Shown here piece after piece: positions 46,681 through 57,242 of a stretch of DNA of 64,000 nucleotides. Position numbers and translations under genes: made by a program. Under the pieces are notes generated by a model, which saw nothing but the letters and a program-made list of their open reading frames with translations, was not told where the DNA came from and searched no databases. Source of the stretch: Klebsiella phage KPN8; the sequence record OP079919.1; one strand, 5' to 3'. Position 1 is the stretch's first letter. Each line of letters starts with the position of its first letter.

Positions 46681-48441
46681 ATGACGCTCCCAACTCAAAA
46701 CGCTGTTCCTAGTTCAGCTAAGAACGACCAGCTCTTTAATGCTGAAAAAATAGATCAGGTCGTCAATAGTGACGACCTCCAGTACACAGATCGCTTCGGT
46801 AAGAAGCGATTTACTTTCTCTGGTTTATACAACATAATCCAAACATGGGTTGCGAGTTTAAGTGATACCACCGGAGCAGGATCGGTCGGGATCGCGCAAG
46901 GGGGGTACATCCAGCAATCTCTTTTGGAAGTGACACCGATGATGCAAGGTGCCGTAGGAGACGGCGTCGCTGATGACTCACAGGCGTTGATCAAAACATT
47001 TACTACTGCTAAAACACTTGGATTGCGGGTTAAAATAGATCGCGCTTATCTTTGCTCCTCAGCGCTTGCCGTTTCTGGACCGCTATACTTAGAAGGAATC
47101 AACCCGGAAACAGGAAAAATTATTTTTACAAATAAAGATGACTTCGGTCTTTACATTACTCAGATCAAATCCACAGACTTCATAACCATAAAAAATATCA
47201 GCATTACGGCCGGAGCTAAAATCGTTAATCCAAAGGGCCTCCTAACCATCGACGGAAGCTCTCAATTAACAACTGATCAGTCGGCAGGCAAATACCTCTT
47301 AGCAGATAGGACAATCCGCCGCGGGCTGTTGGATAATGTTAATCTCGATTGCCTTAGTGGGAACTACGCGGTTAACTACCTTAACATTATTTCATGGATG
47401 AATTATTCCGTTAGAAACATATTGATAAGAGGGTCAAGGGACAACCTGTCGGCGCTCACTAATGGAATACTTTTAAACGGCGATGGTTTCCCCGTCGACA
47501 TCCACATGACCGACCTTTTGATGTATAACCTAGGTCGGGCTATTAACTCCGTGGATTACGTGGAAGGACTCCACATTTCAGAGTTTGAATTTGTAAACGT
47601 TTTAAGGGGGATTAGCGCCGATTACGACTCAAATTATTCCAAACTCAGCTCATCGGTATGCGGATGTTACGGACCTATGATTCACACGGGTCATGTAAAC
47701 CTGGGAACGATGACTGGCGCTGACTCATGCATTTACATTAAAAATACTGTCACTCCTCGTATCAAAGATCTTTTGCTTTTCAATAGCGCCGGCGCTGCCG
47801 TCACAAACAGTTACGGGGTTTACGTTTACGGATCAACCAGCGGTGGGGAAATATCCAGCGTTTATGTTGCGGGTGGTGGTGCCGCCAACACGAAGACCAA
47901 TAATTATTCAATTAGAGTATATGGCGCCAATGGATTAAACATCAAGGACTGTACCGGAAGCTATGCGGGAGCCGTAGTGTATCTTGAAGGGGTTTCCACT
48001 AACTGTGTCATATCAGGAAATAGTGGTATCAGCACCACTAACGTCGTTTATATTTTCAGTGCCAATAACGCCAACAATAAAATAACTTCTGATAACTCGG
48101 GAATAGGAATCACGGATAAGGTGGTCGGCGGAGATCCTAGCGGGTCTTATGTGGAACCTCTAATCTGGCAGAGGAAGTACACACTGAATTTAGCCGCGGC
48201 CAAAGATGCCGGGACGTCTTTCACTTTTAACGTCCCGATTCCCGGGGGAAATTTTGGTGTTGCTCCAGATGCCGCTTTCGCGACATTACCCTCCAATCTT
48301 ATCGGACAATTTTCATATAACCCTTCGGCCAGTTCAGCAACAAGTCTGAATGTAACCATTTATTTTATCTCGGCCGCAGCCATAGGGAGTTACGATATTT
48401 TAATTTCGGCAGCTGGTTTTGGCGTAAGCAGAACGCAATAA
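46681..48441 (+). CDS. tailspike/depolymerase-like protein 4
   Basis: MTLPTQNAVPSSAKNDQLFNAEKIDQVVNSDDLQYTDRFGKKRFTFSGLYN. Only 15 nt downstream of protein 3, so co-transcribed. Confidence 0.75.
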   Translation: MTLPTQNAVPSSAKNDQLFNAEKIDQVVNSDDLQYTDRFGKKRFTFSGLYNIIQTWVASLSDTTGAGSVGIAQGGYIQQSLLEVTPMMQGAVGDGVADDSQALIKTFTTAKTLGLRVKIDRAYLCSSALAVSGPLYLEGINPETGKIIFTNKDDFGLYITQIKSTDFITIKNISITAGAKIVNPKGLLTIDGSSQLTTDQSAGKYLLADRTIRRGLLDNVNLDCLSGNYAVNYLNIISWMNYSVRNILIRGSRDNLSALTNGILLNGDGFPVDIHMTDLLMYNLGRAINSVDYVEGLHISEFEFVNVLRGISADYDSNYSKLSSSVCGCYGPMIHTGHVNLGTMTGADSCIYIKNTVTPRIKDLLLFNSAGAAVTNSYGVYVYGSTSGGEISSVYVAGGGAANTKTNNYSIRVYGANGLNIKDCTGSYAGAVVYLEGVSTNCVISGNSGISTTNVVYIFSANNANNKITSDNSGIGITDKVVGGDPSGSYVEPLIWQRKYTLNLAAAKDAGTSFTFNVPIPGGNFGVAPDAAFATLPSNLIGQFSYNPSASSATSLNVTIYFISAAAIGSYDILISAAGFGVSRTQ

Positions 48442-48554
48442 TCTTTTAGTATTTAATAGATTGAGGGCGTGTAATCGATAATAACTGAGGGATGATGATT
48501 AAATTTATATTACGTCGACTTCATCCCAGATTGATCGTCATTTAGGAGTTTTCA

Positions 48555-50696
48555 ATGACACAGCCAACTCAGAATCCTATTCCCAGTGGGAATATACTGG
48601 ATCAGATTTTTAACGCAGAAAAGATAGATGAAGTTGTCAACAGTGGCAGCGAGCAATATACGGATAGGCTGGGAGTTAAAAGATTCACTATAGCCGGACT
48701 CACTGCTTTAGTCAGAAATTTGATCAATTCGATATCGGGGAATACTGGCGGAGGGAACGTAGGATTAGCTAATGATGAAATGCTTCAGTCTTATTTGGAT
48801 AAGTACGAAAATGCGTCATGCTCGATCTTCAAGTTCCTTTCCCCAGAAGAAGCTAGAAATGCGAATTTAAAACTTCTCGTCAATATAGACCAGGCAGTTG
48901 CCTCCGCAGCCGATGCTGGCGTGAGTTCCATTAAACTCCCACCCGGACACTTTGAGTTTAATACCACCACAATGCTTTATAATGTTTGTATTGTGGGTAG
49001 TAATGAATCAGAAGCCCCAGATCTTCAACTCGAAGCGACAGATGGCTCTTCAGGGAAGTTATCACTGAATACCAAAGGTACCGTATTGCACCTTACTGGT
49101 AATTCCGCAGCAAATGGCATCACCTTTAATACGAATACCCCGTCGTCTTCTGTAGTTGGGGTAAGCCGTTGTTCTGTTTATTATCCCGATCAAGACTGGG
49201 CCAACTGGTCAGTGGGAGGGACAGATATAGATGGCGTGACTTATTATCAGCCGACGGTGTACCCGGCGGCGTTTATAATAAACGGTGGAATGCGGGCTTT
49301 CTTCGATAAAGTCTTTTTTATCAACGCATATCAATGGATAGAAATAAGAGACACCCAAATACCGATGATCGGTAAGATAGCGGGAACCCTCATCAATCGT
49401 GGTGTTCAGATCACACGTATGGGAGCGGGAGGATACACGGATACGGTTAACTCCTATCCTTTCTGGACATGGGCTTGTGGGTTTAGGGGTAACTCCATGC
49501 GAGCCAACCTGTACCAAACCTTTAAGGGAATTTGTTATGAGGTAGGTAACGATGACGGAACGACGCGAACTGTAGAACAGATGCTGATTAATCGTCTTAA
49601 CGTTATCGGGTGTGCGGACGGACTCATTTGTGGTGGAAAGGGCGTGACGCTCAATAGCGCTAAATTCGATAACTGTATGCGAGCCATCACGGTTAACAGT
49701 TTGGATAATTCTGCTTACCACAGTTTCAGCAATGTCTGGGCGTCGTGTTATTACAATAACAATTATGTGTTTAAACAGAGAACTGATGGGAGCGTTTACG
49801 TTTTCTCTACGAATAGTTCGACCCCTGTAAATATTAATAATTTTAATGTTGTAAGATCCGACGGTATAGGGATAAACATGCCGTATGCCTCTGGGTCAAA
49901 CATCAGTAATGTGGTCATTCAACAATTGGGTTGGAAAGGGTTTGTTTTGGGTTCTGCCGGAAGAAGCACAGACGTGTTGAATGTTAACACGTGTAATGTG
50001 AACTTTTATACCGGGGATTCGGCTTTAACCCAGATAGGTTATGAGATTGGCGATTTTGTAAGATGCTCGATTAAAGGACTGCAGTACAAAGGTGGGAGTA
50101 ACGTAACGCCTTACGTCATGACAGGGACATTGAATCCGTACGAATCCGGCAAAGAAATAGATTTAAGTTCTCTCGACGGCCCGCTTTATAAAGGGGTAAG
50201 CCAGTCTATCGTTTCTGTTATTCGTGGGAGAATACGCCGTCTTGTGGGGGTAACAGCAAGTTCTACAGACAGTGTTCTCGTGACATCGTTATCGGGGACT
50301 AATACCGGCGGTACAGCTTTAAACTGCGGCGTGGGTGTAAGAAACACGGTATCAACCGGAAATGGCCATGGGGTGTTAGTACTTTATTCGTCTAAGGCGG
50401 GAGAGCTCGTTGAGACAGCAGAAGTTTTTAACGACGGAGCCGTTTTAGGGGTCAGGCCGCGATCAACAACTGCCGTGCTAGGAGATACGAGTAACCCTTG
50501 GAATTCGGCGGATATAAAAACCATCAGGGCGACCTCGTCGATTACACTTAACGGCAATCCAGTTGGGGTTAAAGTTAGTGTGCCGGCGTCAGCTACCGCC
50601 ACTGGAGTGGTAGGTCAGTGGGCGGCCGATACGACCTATATCTATATTTGTGTGGCCACCAATACTTGGGTGAGGGCCAGTTTAGCAACCTGGTAA
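48555..50696 (+). CDS. tailspike/depolymerase-like protein 5
   Basis: MTQPTQNPIPSGNILDQIFNAEKIDEVVNSGSEQYTDRLGVKRFT. TTTAGGAG box upstream. Confidence 0.75.
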   Translation: MTQPTQNPIPSGNILDQIFNAEKIDEVVNSGSEQYTDRLGVKRFTIAGLTALVRNLINSISGNTGGGNVGLANDEMLQSYLDKYENASCSIFKFLSPEEARNANLKLLVNIDQAVASAADAGVSSIKLPPGHFEFNTTTMLYNVCIVGSNESEAPDLQLEATDGSSGKLSLNTKGTVLHLTGNSAANGITFNTNTPSSSVVGVSRCSVYYPDQDWANWSVGGTDIDGVTYYQPTVYPAAFIINGGMRAFFDKVFFINAYQWIEIRDTQIPMIGKIAGTLINRGVQITRMGAGGYTDTVNSYPFWTWACGFRGNSMRANLYQTFKGICYEVGNDDGTTRTVEQMLINRLNVIGCADGLICGGKGVTLNSAKFDNCMRAITVNSLDNSAYHSFSNVWASCYYNNNYVFKQRTDGSVYVFSTNSSTPVNINNFNVVRSDGIGINMPYASGSNISNVVIQQLGWKGFVLGSAGRSTDVLNVNTCNVNFYTGDSALTQIGYEIGDFVRCSIKGLQYKGGSNVTPYVMTGTLNPYESGKEIDLSSLDGPLYKGVSQSIVSVIRGRIRRLVGVTASSTDSVLVTSLSGTNTGGTALNCGVGVRNTVSTGNGHGVLVLYSSKAGELVETAEVFNDGAVLGVRPRSTTAVLGDTSNPWNSADIKTIRATSSITLNGNPVGVKVSVPASATATGVVGQWAADTTYIYICVATNTWVRASLATW

Positions 50697-50697
50697 T

Positions 50698-50736
50698 AAT
50701 TATTACTCCTTCTCCGGTTAACCGGAGAAGGAGTAA
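50698..50736 (+). terminator. intrinsic terminator
   Basis: ttactccttctccgg-ttaa-ccggagaaggagtaa. Confidence 0.55.
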
Positions 50737-50821
50737 TAGATACGTCCGATTTTATGCTGATCTAAATTCAGTAGACTTGCGCAAGTCTTTTATACTACAT
50801 TCTTTTTAAAGGAGTAACCTC

Positions 50822-52711
50822 GTGGCTACAACTCCAACTACGGGTGATATCCCCAGCAATGCTGCGGTGGACCTTAAGTTTAACTCGGAACAATTCGACC
50901 GAGTAATGAATTCTGACGATCTGACTTATACGGATCGTTTTGGTAAAAAACGTATTACAATGAAAGGGGTTCAGGAACTCGCTAATGGCTTCCAGGATAC
51001 TTTCACTAATCTGTTGGGTTCTCCCGACGGGTTCAAATTAATCGGCGGGGTTAAATCTTTTGATACCCTGAGATCGACACCAGTGAGAACCGAAGGCCAA
51101 CGTATTTTCCTCAAATCCTATTATGAAAACGGAGTTACTGGGAGTGGGATTTTTATTGGGCGCATCGGAACAAAATTAGATGACGGTGGGACAGTAGCTC
51201 AGGGAATTGGATATTACTGGGAACGTATTCCTTGGTCGAGTCTTACTGCGGAAGACTTCGGAGCAAAAGGTGACGGCGTTACTGATGATAGCTCGGCCAT
51301 ACTAGCTGCCGTGGCTTTTTCCTCAAGCACCGGAACATCGATGGGTCTTTTATCTGGCAAAACCTATGTCTTTAAAGGATCTGTTGGATTATCGATCGAC
51401 CTGGGTAAATTTTCTTTCGGTTGTTTTAACGGGAGAAGTAAACTTGATTTTTCTGCTTTCACCGGATCCAACGCAATAAATGTATTTAGTTCCCCGGGCT
51501 ACCCTACCTCCATGTACAGAAACACAACTAACAGACTGATAGGTTTGGAGGTTTACGGTGGGTTAGTTGCTGGCGTAAACGGCTTGCTGCTGGGGCACGA
51601 CGATTATTCCTACAATGGTCAAAGTGTGATAGAACACTGCGCCTTTGTCAGGTTCGATAATGTGATTCTTTGCGGCAAGAACACATGGCGAACTAAGTTT
51701 ATTTGTTGTACAGTCTCCACCGGAATAACCTCGGTCTTTAATGCGCCTGCGGGATTAGAGAATTCAGGAGAATCGGTGACGTTCTCCGGATCGCAAATTA
51801 GCGATTCAAACGGAGCCCCTATTATTGTTAACTGTGCTAGTTTTTCCCTGGGGCTTGTCGGGGGGACTTCAGTACTAAATACACGCATCCTCATTAACGC
51901 CCAAGGCGCGACGGTACTGATGGATGACATGGGTAACGAAGAAAACCCGGGTCAGCAGGGCTTTTATGTTTACGCTGATGTTAAAGGCGCGGGAGCCCGA
52001 CTAATTATCACCAGTTCTACGATAGTTTGCAATAACCCATCAGCTCAAACTAAATCTTTGTTTAATGTCGATCAAAACGCATACATCATCCTTAACAATG
52101 TAAAAATGCAAGGTAATGGTTATAAATTCGAAGTAGATCCGACAGGCGACCAGGTTGGGAAATGGATTAGCGGGAAAGGTAAAGTCTTGGTATCTGGGGT
52201 TACGGGCGATCCGTTATCAGGGGCAGGAAATATCCCAATCCACGAATCGTTGTCACCGATCAGGAACTGGAACTTTGATTCGGGAGATCTGAGCGATTGG
52301 ACCATCAATAATTCAGGATCCGCATCCCAAACCGGAGTGGTCGGTACGGCGTATAAAAAAGTAGGGGATTACGGCCTTCGTCTTACTTCAGTGGCCGGCC
52401 TTAATGTTTTTGCTACCTCTTCTTTCCCTGTGAGACCTGGCGGGTATTATAAAACAAGTTTCTGGGCCAAAGTAGTTACCGCCAACTCAGGTGCGACTAG
52501 TGCCGGCAACCTCACCCTGTCGTTCAAAACAGCTTCCGGAGTACAAATAATCTCACAAACCGCCAATCTTCCTTCCGCGGTCACTGATTGGGCTGTTTAT
52601 GGCGCATTCATTTGTGGGGACGTCCCTGTAGGGGCTGTCACTGCTGAGATAAGTCTGAGAGCGTCTTCCGGAGCTGTGGTTGATTTCGACGCGGTTCTTT
52701 TTAATTTTTAA
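50822..52711 (+). CDS. tailspike/depolymerase-like protein 6 (GTG start) with C-terminal CBM-like domain
   Basis: (V)ATTPTTGDIPSNAAVDLKFNSEQFDRVMNSDDLTYTDRFGKKRIT. SD 'aaaggagtaacctc GTG'. C-terminal NWNFDSGDLSDWTINNSG resembles the opening of a CBM4/9-type jelly-roll module. Confidence 0.7.
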   Translation: MATTPTTGDIPSNAAVDLKFNSEQFDRVMNSDDLTYTDRFGKKRITMKGVQELANGFQDTFTNLLGSPDGFKLIGGVKSFDTLRSTPVRTEGQRIFLKSYYENGVTGSGIFIGRIGTKLDDGGTVAQGIGYYWERIPWSSLTAEDFGAKGDGVTDDSSAILAAVAFSSSTGTSMGLLSGKTYVFKGSVGLSIDLGKFSFGCFNGRSKLDFSAFTGSNAINVFSSPGYPTSMYRNTTNRLIGLEVYGGLVAGVNGLLLGHDDYSYNGQSVIEHCAFVRFDNVILCGKNTWRTKFICCTVSTGITSVFNAPAGLENSGESVTFSGSQISDSNGAPIIVNCASFSLGLVGGTSVLNTRILINAQGATVLMDDMGNEENPGQQGFYVYADVKGAGARLIITSSTIVCNNPSAQTKSLFNVDQNAYIILNNVKMQGNGYKFEVDPTGDQVGKWISGKGKVLVSGVTGDPLSGAGNIPIHESLSPIRNWNFDSGDLSDWTINNSGSASQTGVVGTAYKKVGDYGLRLTSVAGLNVFATSSFPVRPGGYYKTSFWAKVVTANSGATSAGNLTLSFKTASGVQIISQTANLPSAVTDWAVYGAFICGDVPVGAVTAEISLRASSGAVVDFDAVLFNF

Positions 52712-52720
52712 TGGTGAGCT

Positions 52721-52755
52721 AGGGGAGGGGGCGCCCTCCTCCCTTATTTATGAGG
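52721..52755 (+). terminator. weaker, imperfect stem-loop at a gene end: 52721..52745
   Basis: GC-rich imperfect hairpin (one mismatch, two G-U wobbles) 3' of the stop codon, followed by ttatttatg. Confidence 0.35.
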
Positions 52756-52764
52756 TTTCTAAAA

Positions 52765-54480
52765 ATGACCACGCCTACCAATAATGACATTCCGAGCAGT
52801 TCGGTACAAGATAGGTTGTATAACGCCGAGAAATTTGATGAATTCATGAATTCATCGAACACTAATTTCACTGATCGCAAAGGAGTTTCACGATGGACAC
52901 TAAGCGGAATCAGAACTGTTATAAGTAACTGGATGACGAGTCTGAGTAGCAATGCAGGCGGAAACACCATAAAGGTCGATAATGCGCTACTACCAGACTT
53001 GGACTATGCGCCGAGCATTTTTAGATTTATGACCGACGCAGATATCGATTCGATGAAGAACACTCTGGGTAGCGAAGTTCCTGTCGATTACGCCTTACAA
53101 GCAGTTATCGATGCCGGTTATAAGTCAGTCAGATTCCCCCACAACGTTAAGGGCATCTATATTCTTTCTGGGTTGGTAACACTCCCTTCAGCCTTCACAA
53201 TCTTTGGAACGTGTTCCAAACCATATAGTAGTATTACCGACTCTTCCTTCTTAAATAAAGGGGTGACTTTACGTAAAGCCGTCGGGGCGGATTATCTGTT
53301 CGGAGCCGGTTCGGTATTCAGAATTTATGGGTGTAATCTAGATGGAAGAGACAACCTTCGCCCTCTAATCAACCAGACCAATCAAATACGCGGCGGAATA
53401 TTAGAAGATTGCGGGATCTACCGTTTTCTTTATGGAGTCGGGAGTTATGGTTACACCTCTATTGTTGTTAAACGATCATCCATTTGTTCAAATAACATAG
53501 GAATAAGGAACCTTATCGACAGCCGTATTATGGACGTTACCCTCAATGCCAATAAAGGTAACGGGGTCGATAACCAGGTCGGGGCCAATAATAATATTTT
53601 TGAAAACGTCAGGAATGAATGGAATGAAGGGATAGGGTATTATTTTTATGGGTCGGTGGGGAACATCATTACTGGTGAACTTATTGATAGATCTGGTTCG
53701 GCCAATGTTGTCGTCCTGGCCGGTGGATCCGCATTGATTTCAGGGGTTATCTCCCAACGACCCGCTCGTACGTTGAGTGAGGACTCAAGTTATAACACTC
53801 ATTTCTATGTGGCCGGAAGTAAATCAAAACTTTGTTTATCCGGTGTAACTACGGCAACGGGCATTGACGACGGGGGTACCGGAACTTTAACGCCACAAAG
53901 GACAATCGTGATAGGCGGGACGAATACCGACGTGACCGTTCTTTCTAGCGGGTGCGATTTATCGGGAAGTATTCTCTCGCCGTTAAGATTCGACGTTACT
54001 CCAGCTACGGTAGGATTTAGAAACAATATTGGCGTTGACGACTGGGTTAACACCGGGCAATATCAGTTCATCAAAGGAAGAGCGTCGATCGGTAGTCAGA
54101 AAAATGCGGTGATCTTGGCCAGTGGTGTGGGGAGTACCGCGACGTTAGTTTTTGATAACACAGGGTTCGTCGACCCCACTTCTAATTTCCCCGATATACC
54201 TAAGAAACGAAAAATTATCATAGAAAGCATGACTTCGGTATCGGCTTCCAGAACTGTAGGTTTTTATGAAGTTTCGTTATTGACCAGGCGTTTCTCTAGC
54301 ACTGCCGGTTTTGATGTCTTACAGGAAACATCTTATCCTGCTGGAGCGTGGGCGCGGACTACCGCAACTGGTGTTTCTATAAACATTGCCCTCTCAGCGG
54401 ACGCCAAACAGATAACAGTTACGCTAACCAACGTAGATGGCGTCGGAAGATTTATAGATGCTGCTCTTAAGTGGGATTAA
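52765..54480 (+). CDS. tailspike/depolymerase-like protein 7
   Basis: Start moved to MTTPTNNDIPSSSVQDRLYNAEKFDEFMNSSNTNFTDRKG. Shares an extended N-terminus (RWTLSGIR..ISNWMTSL) with protein 8. Confidence 0.75.
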   Translation: MTTPTNNDIPSSSVQDRLYNAEKFDEFMNSSNTNFTDRKGVSRWTLSGIRTVISNWMTSLSSNAGGNTIKVDNALLPDLDYAPSIFRFMTDADIDSMKNTLGSEVPVDYALQAVIDAGYKSVRFPHNVKGIYILSGLVTLPSAFTIFGTCSKPYSSITDSSFLNKGVTLRKAVGADYLFGAGSVFRIYGCNLDGRDNLRPLINQTNQIRGGILEDCGIYRFLYGVGSYGYTSIVVKRSSICSNNIGIRNLIDSRIMDVTLNANKGNGVDNQVGANNNIFENVRNEWNEGIGYYFYGSVGNIITGELIDRSGSANVVVLAGGSALISGVISQRPARTLSEDSSYNTHFYVAGSKSKLCLSGVTTATGIDDGGTGTLTPQRTIVIGGTNTDVTVLSSGCDLSGSILSPLRFDVTPATVGFRNNIGVDDWVNTGQYQFIKGRASIGSQKNAVILASGVGSTATLVFDNTGFVDPTSNFPDIPKKRKIIIESMTSVSASRTVGFYEVSLLTRRFSSTAGFDVLQETSYPAGAWARTTATGVSINIALSADAKQITVTLTNVDGVGRFIDAALKWD

Positions 54481-54577
54481 GTAGCTAAATTCCTTATTAG
54501 TAGTGGAATTGGGGTGTTTTTAACCAACTTACCATTGTCTTTTGCCTCCACCCCAATTCAGTCAAATAAAGGGTTCA
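54481..54577 (+). promoter_or_regulatory. conserved tailspike leader element, copy B (stem gaattggggtg ... caccccaattc with ~33-nt loop)
   Basis: See copy A. The inverted repeat is perfect here, and the element ends in the SD plus ATGATGAC start. Confidence 0.35.
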
Positions 54578-56311
54578 ATGATGACCGCACCGACTAATAA
54601 CAATGTACCGAGTAGCTCGGTTCAAGACAGATTGTACAATGCTGAAAAATTCGATGAATTTATGAATTCGGATAATCCCAATTATACCGATCGTAAGGGG
54701 AACTCCCGCTGGACTCTGAATGGGATAAGAATAGCCATATCCAATTGGATGACGTCATTGGGTACGTCAGTCGGGTCAGCCTATATTGGTAAAGGAAACG
54801 ATACTGTATCCAATCTTTTAGAGGCCTCCATCACTGAATATCTCACCGCTGAAGATCAAAATACACTCAGAAGTTCGTTGGGGGCGGAAGTCAATGTAGA
54901 TTATGCTTTAAAGGCAGCGATCGACGCAGGTATTCTCCGATTAAGATTCCCTAGGATGATAGGGATTTATGTTCTGGGCGCCGACCCTGTTACCCTTCCA
55001 ATAGGCTTTTCTATGGTCGGGGATAGAACCAGGTTATATACAGCGCCTTCCGATTCTACCTTTCTTAACAAGGGTACTGTGCTAAGATTAAGTTCCGGAG
55101 CCTCTTCGCTGTTCTTGTTAACTCAAAAGCATCAGTTTAGCGGAATTAATTTCGATGGCCGTGATAAAACGGTTAACTTAATGAAAGGAGCGGACCAAAC
55201 TCAATTCTGTAGGTTCTATAATTGCGGAATCCATCGATGGTTAAACGGATTGGGCGGATCTTCTTCAGGCGGATATACGGCTACACTTTCAGTATCTTTT
55301 TGTGATATTTCTGGAAATTATCGGGGCGTGCGTAATCTTATCGATTCCAAAATATCGGATAGTACCATTAACGCCAATGACACCAATGGGGTCGAACTTA
55401 ACGTAGGCGCCAATAACAACGTCTTTATTAATGTCAGAAACGAATGGAACAATGGCGTTAACTACTACGGGTATGGGGGTAAGCGCAACATCGTCGTCGG
55501 GGAGCTATGCGATCGAGCCGGACTCAACGGAATTGTTGCTGCGGGAGGCGCCCAGTGGTCCCTCGAAGGAGTGAATGTGCAGCGTTCGGGCAGGCTCGCC
55601 ACCCAGGGATCTGTCGACGACGCCCATTTCTATGTGACTGGTGAAGGATCATCTATCATAATGAGCGGAGTTTACACAACTCAAGGCTCTGACGATACAG
55701 GGGGTGGGAGAGTCTCCCCGTCGTACACTCTGGCTGGTGGAGGAAATTCATCTGACACGAAAACATTCTCGGCCGTGAACAGCGTCTTGAGCGGATTTGG
55801 GGTTTCAGCGATAAGACCTGGGTCCTCCACTTTCTCTAATATGAGCGTTGTGGGTTGTAACGGCTTTTACGATAGAATATCCGGAAACACAATAAATTTC
55901 TACGAAGGAAACTTCTCTTTGGGGAAAAGGGCTTCGTCGTTGAGTTTAAGTGGAACGGGTTCTACGGCACAGATCACATTCCCTACAACAGACTCGTTTC
56001 CGCAATACAGGGTGGGTTTTACCAGACAGTTGCATATAACAGCTAGGAACAACATCAATACGGGATCGGTCGCTTATTACAACGTCCCGCTATTCTTTTA
56101 TAGAGAACAATCGACCGCCGTTGTGCGAGCGAATACAAGTAAAGAAGAAACAATGGTGACCCTCAGCGGAGGAACTTGGGGTTTAACCGCGGCGTCCCCG
56201 ACCGGGGTCGCTATTGACCTGGCGGTTTCTTCTGATGGCCTGACGTTAACCGTAACGCTGACAGCCATCGATAACTCATCAAGAATCATTGATGTGGAAC
56301 TGAGGGCTTAA
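54578..56311 (+). CDS. tailspike/depolymerase-like protein 8
   Basis: MMTAPTNNNVPSSSVQDRLYNAEKFDEFMNSDNPNYTDRKG. The upstream leader is homologous to the leader of protein 2. Confidence 0.75.
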   Translation: MMTAPTNNNVPSSSVQDRLYNAEKFDEFMNSDNPNYTDRKGNSRWTLNGIRIAISNWMTSLGTSVGSAYIGKGNDTVSNLLEASITEYLTAEDQNTLRSSLGAEVNVDYALKAAIDAGILRLRFPRMIGIYVLGADPVTLPIGFSMVGDRTRLYTAPSDSTFLNKGTVLRLSSGASSLFLLTQKHQFSGINFDGRDKTVNLMKGADQTQFCRFYNCGIHRWLNGLGGSSSGGYTATLSVSFCDISGNYRGVRNLIDSKISDSTINANDTNGVELNVGANNNVFINVRNEWNNGVNYYGYGGKRNIVVGELCDRAGLNGIVAAGGAQWSLEGVNVQRSGRLATQGSVDDAHFYVTGEGSSIIMSGVYTTQGSDDTGGGRVSPSYTLAGGGNSSDTKTFSAVNSVLSGFGVSAIRPGSSTFSNMSVVGCNGFYDRISGNTINFYEGNFSLGKRASSLSLSGTGSTAQITFPTTDSFPQYRVGFTRQLHITARNNINTGSVAYYNVPLFFYREQSTAVVRANTSKEETMVTLSGGTWGLTAASPTGVAIDLAVSSDGLTLTVTLTAIDNSSRIIDVELRA

Positions 56312-56378
56312 GGTTATTTCCTACGAAGTGTTAATGCTATGAAGGTAAGGAGTTAACCCACACACAGCAGGTACTTAT

Positions 56379-57152
56379 ATGCATAATCGTAGTGTTAAGC
56401 GTGCTAACCGCGACGCTCGTCGCGAAGCAAGACGTCAAGATAAGTCCCAAAGTAGCCAACTGAAACTGGTGGACAGCAATTTCAGTGAAGTAAATCTACC
56501 TCTTGCAAAAGCTGATCGGAGTAAGATTGAGCCGAAAAACCCAATGCAGCAAAAATATTGGGATGGGTTACATGCCCACGATGTTGTCATCGGTATAGGG
56601 GAAGCGGGTAGCGGTAAAACGTTCCTCCCAACTTGTTATGCCGCGGAACGTCTGATGGCTAAAGACGTGGAAAAGATCATCGTTACACGGCCAGTTTTAC
56701 AGGCCGATGAAGATCTGGGTTTTCTCCCCGGGGATGTTAATGAGAAATTCGCACCTTACTTCCGACCGGTCTACGATATCTTACTGAAACGCCTGGGTGG
56801 TGGAATGCTCAACTATTGCATGAAGCCTGGCGTGGAGAAAGTTGAAGTCGCCCCCTTTGCTTTTATGAGAGGTCGTACTTTTTCTGACTCAGTAGTGATT
56901 CTTGACGAAGCGCAAAACGTTACAGTCATGCAGATGAAAATGTTCATCACTCGTATGGGTGAGAACACTACGGTAATCATCAACGGCGACCTTACCCAGT
57001 GCGATCTTCCTAAAGGAGTTAAATCCGGTCTGGAAGATCTGCTGGAACGCATCGAACGAGATCCTGAAAATGGATTCCCGGTTTATCGTTTCAACGCCGC
57101 TGATAGTGTGCGGTCAGATATTTGCTCCAAAGCCCTGAAGCTTTACAAATAA
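56379..57152 (+). CDS. phoH: PhoH-like ATPase
   Basis: P-loop GIGEAGSGKTFL. VILDEAQN Walker B. Overall PhoH architecture and size. Confidence 0.85.
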   Translation: MHNRSVKRANRDARREARRQDKSQSSQLKLVDSNFSEVNLPLAKADRSKIEPKNPMQQKYWDGLHAHDVVIGIGEAGSGKTFLPTCYAAERLMAKDVEKIIVTRPVLQADEDLGFLPGDVNEKFAPYFRPVYDILLKRLGGGMLNYCMKPGVEKVEVAPFAFMRGRTFSDSVVILDEAQNVTVMQMKMFITRMGENTTVIINGDLTQCDLPKGVKSGLEDLLERIERDPENGFPVYRFNAADSVRSDICSKALKLYK

Positions 57153-57157
57153 GTCCT

Positions 57158-57200
57158 AATAACTCCTATTCCCTTATCGGGAATAGGAGTTATTTTAAAC
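57158..57200 (+). terminator. intrinsic terminator
   Basis: aataactcctattccc-ttatc-gggaataggagttatttta. Confidence 0.6.
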
Positions 57201-57242
57201 GCGCCACGGCCATTTATGAACTTTTCATAAGAGACTGTAATC

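Noticed and set aside
52750-52764. Upstream extensions of tailspikes 7 and 8 (MRFLK..., MPPPQFSQIKGSM...; 52750..52764 and 54542..54577)
   Set aside because: All nine paralogues begin with the MTTPT-type module. The extensions overlap terminator or leader structures.
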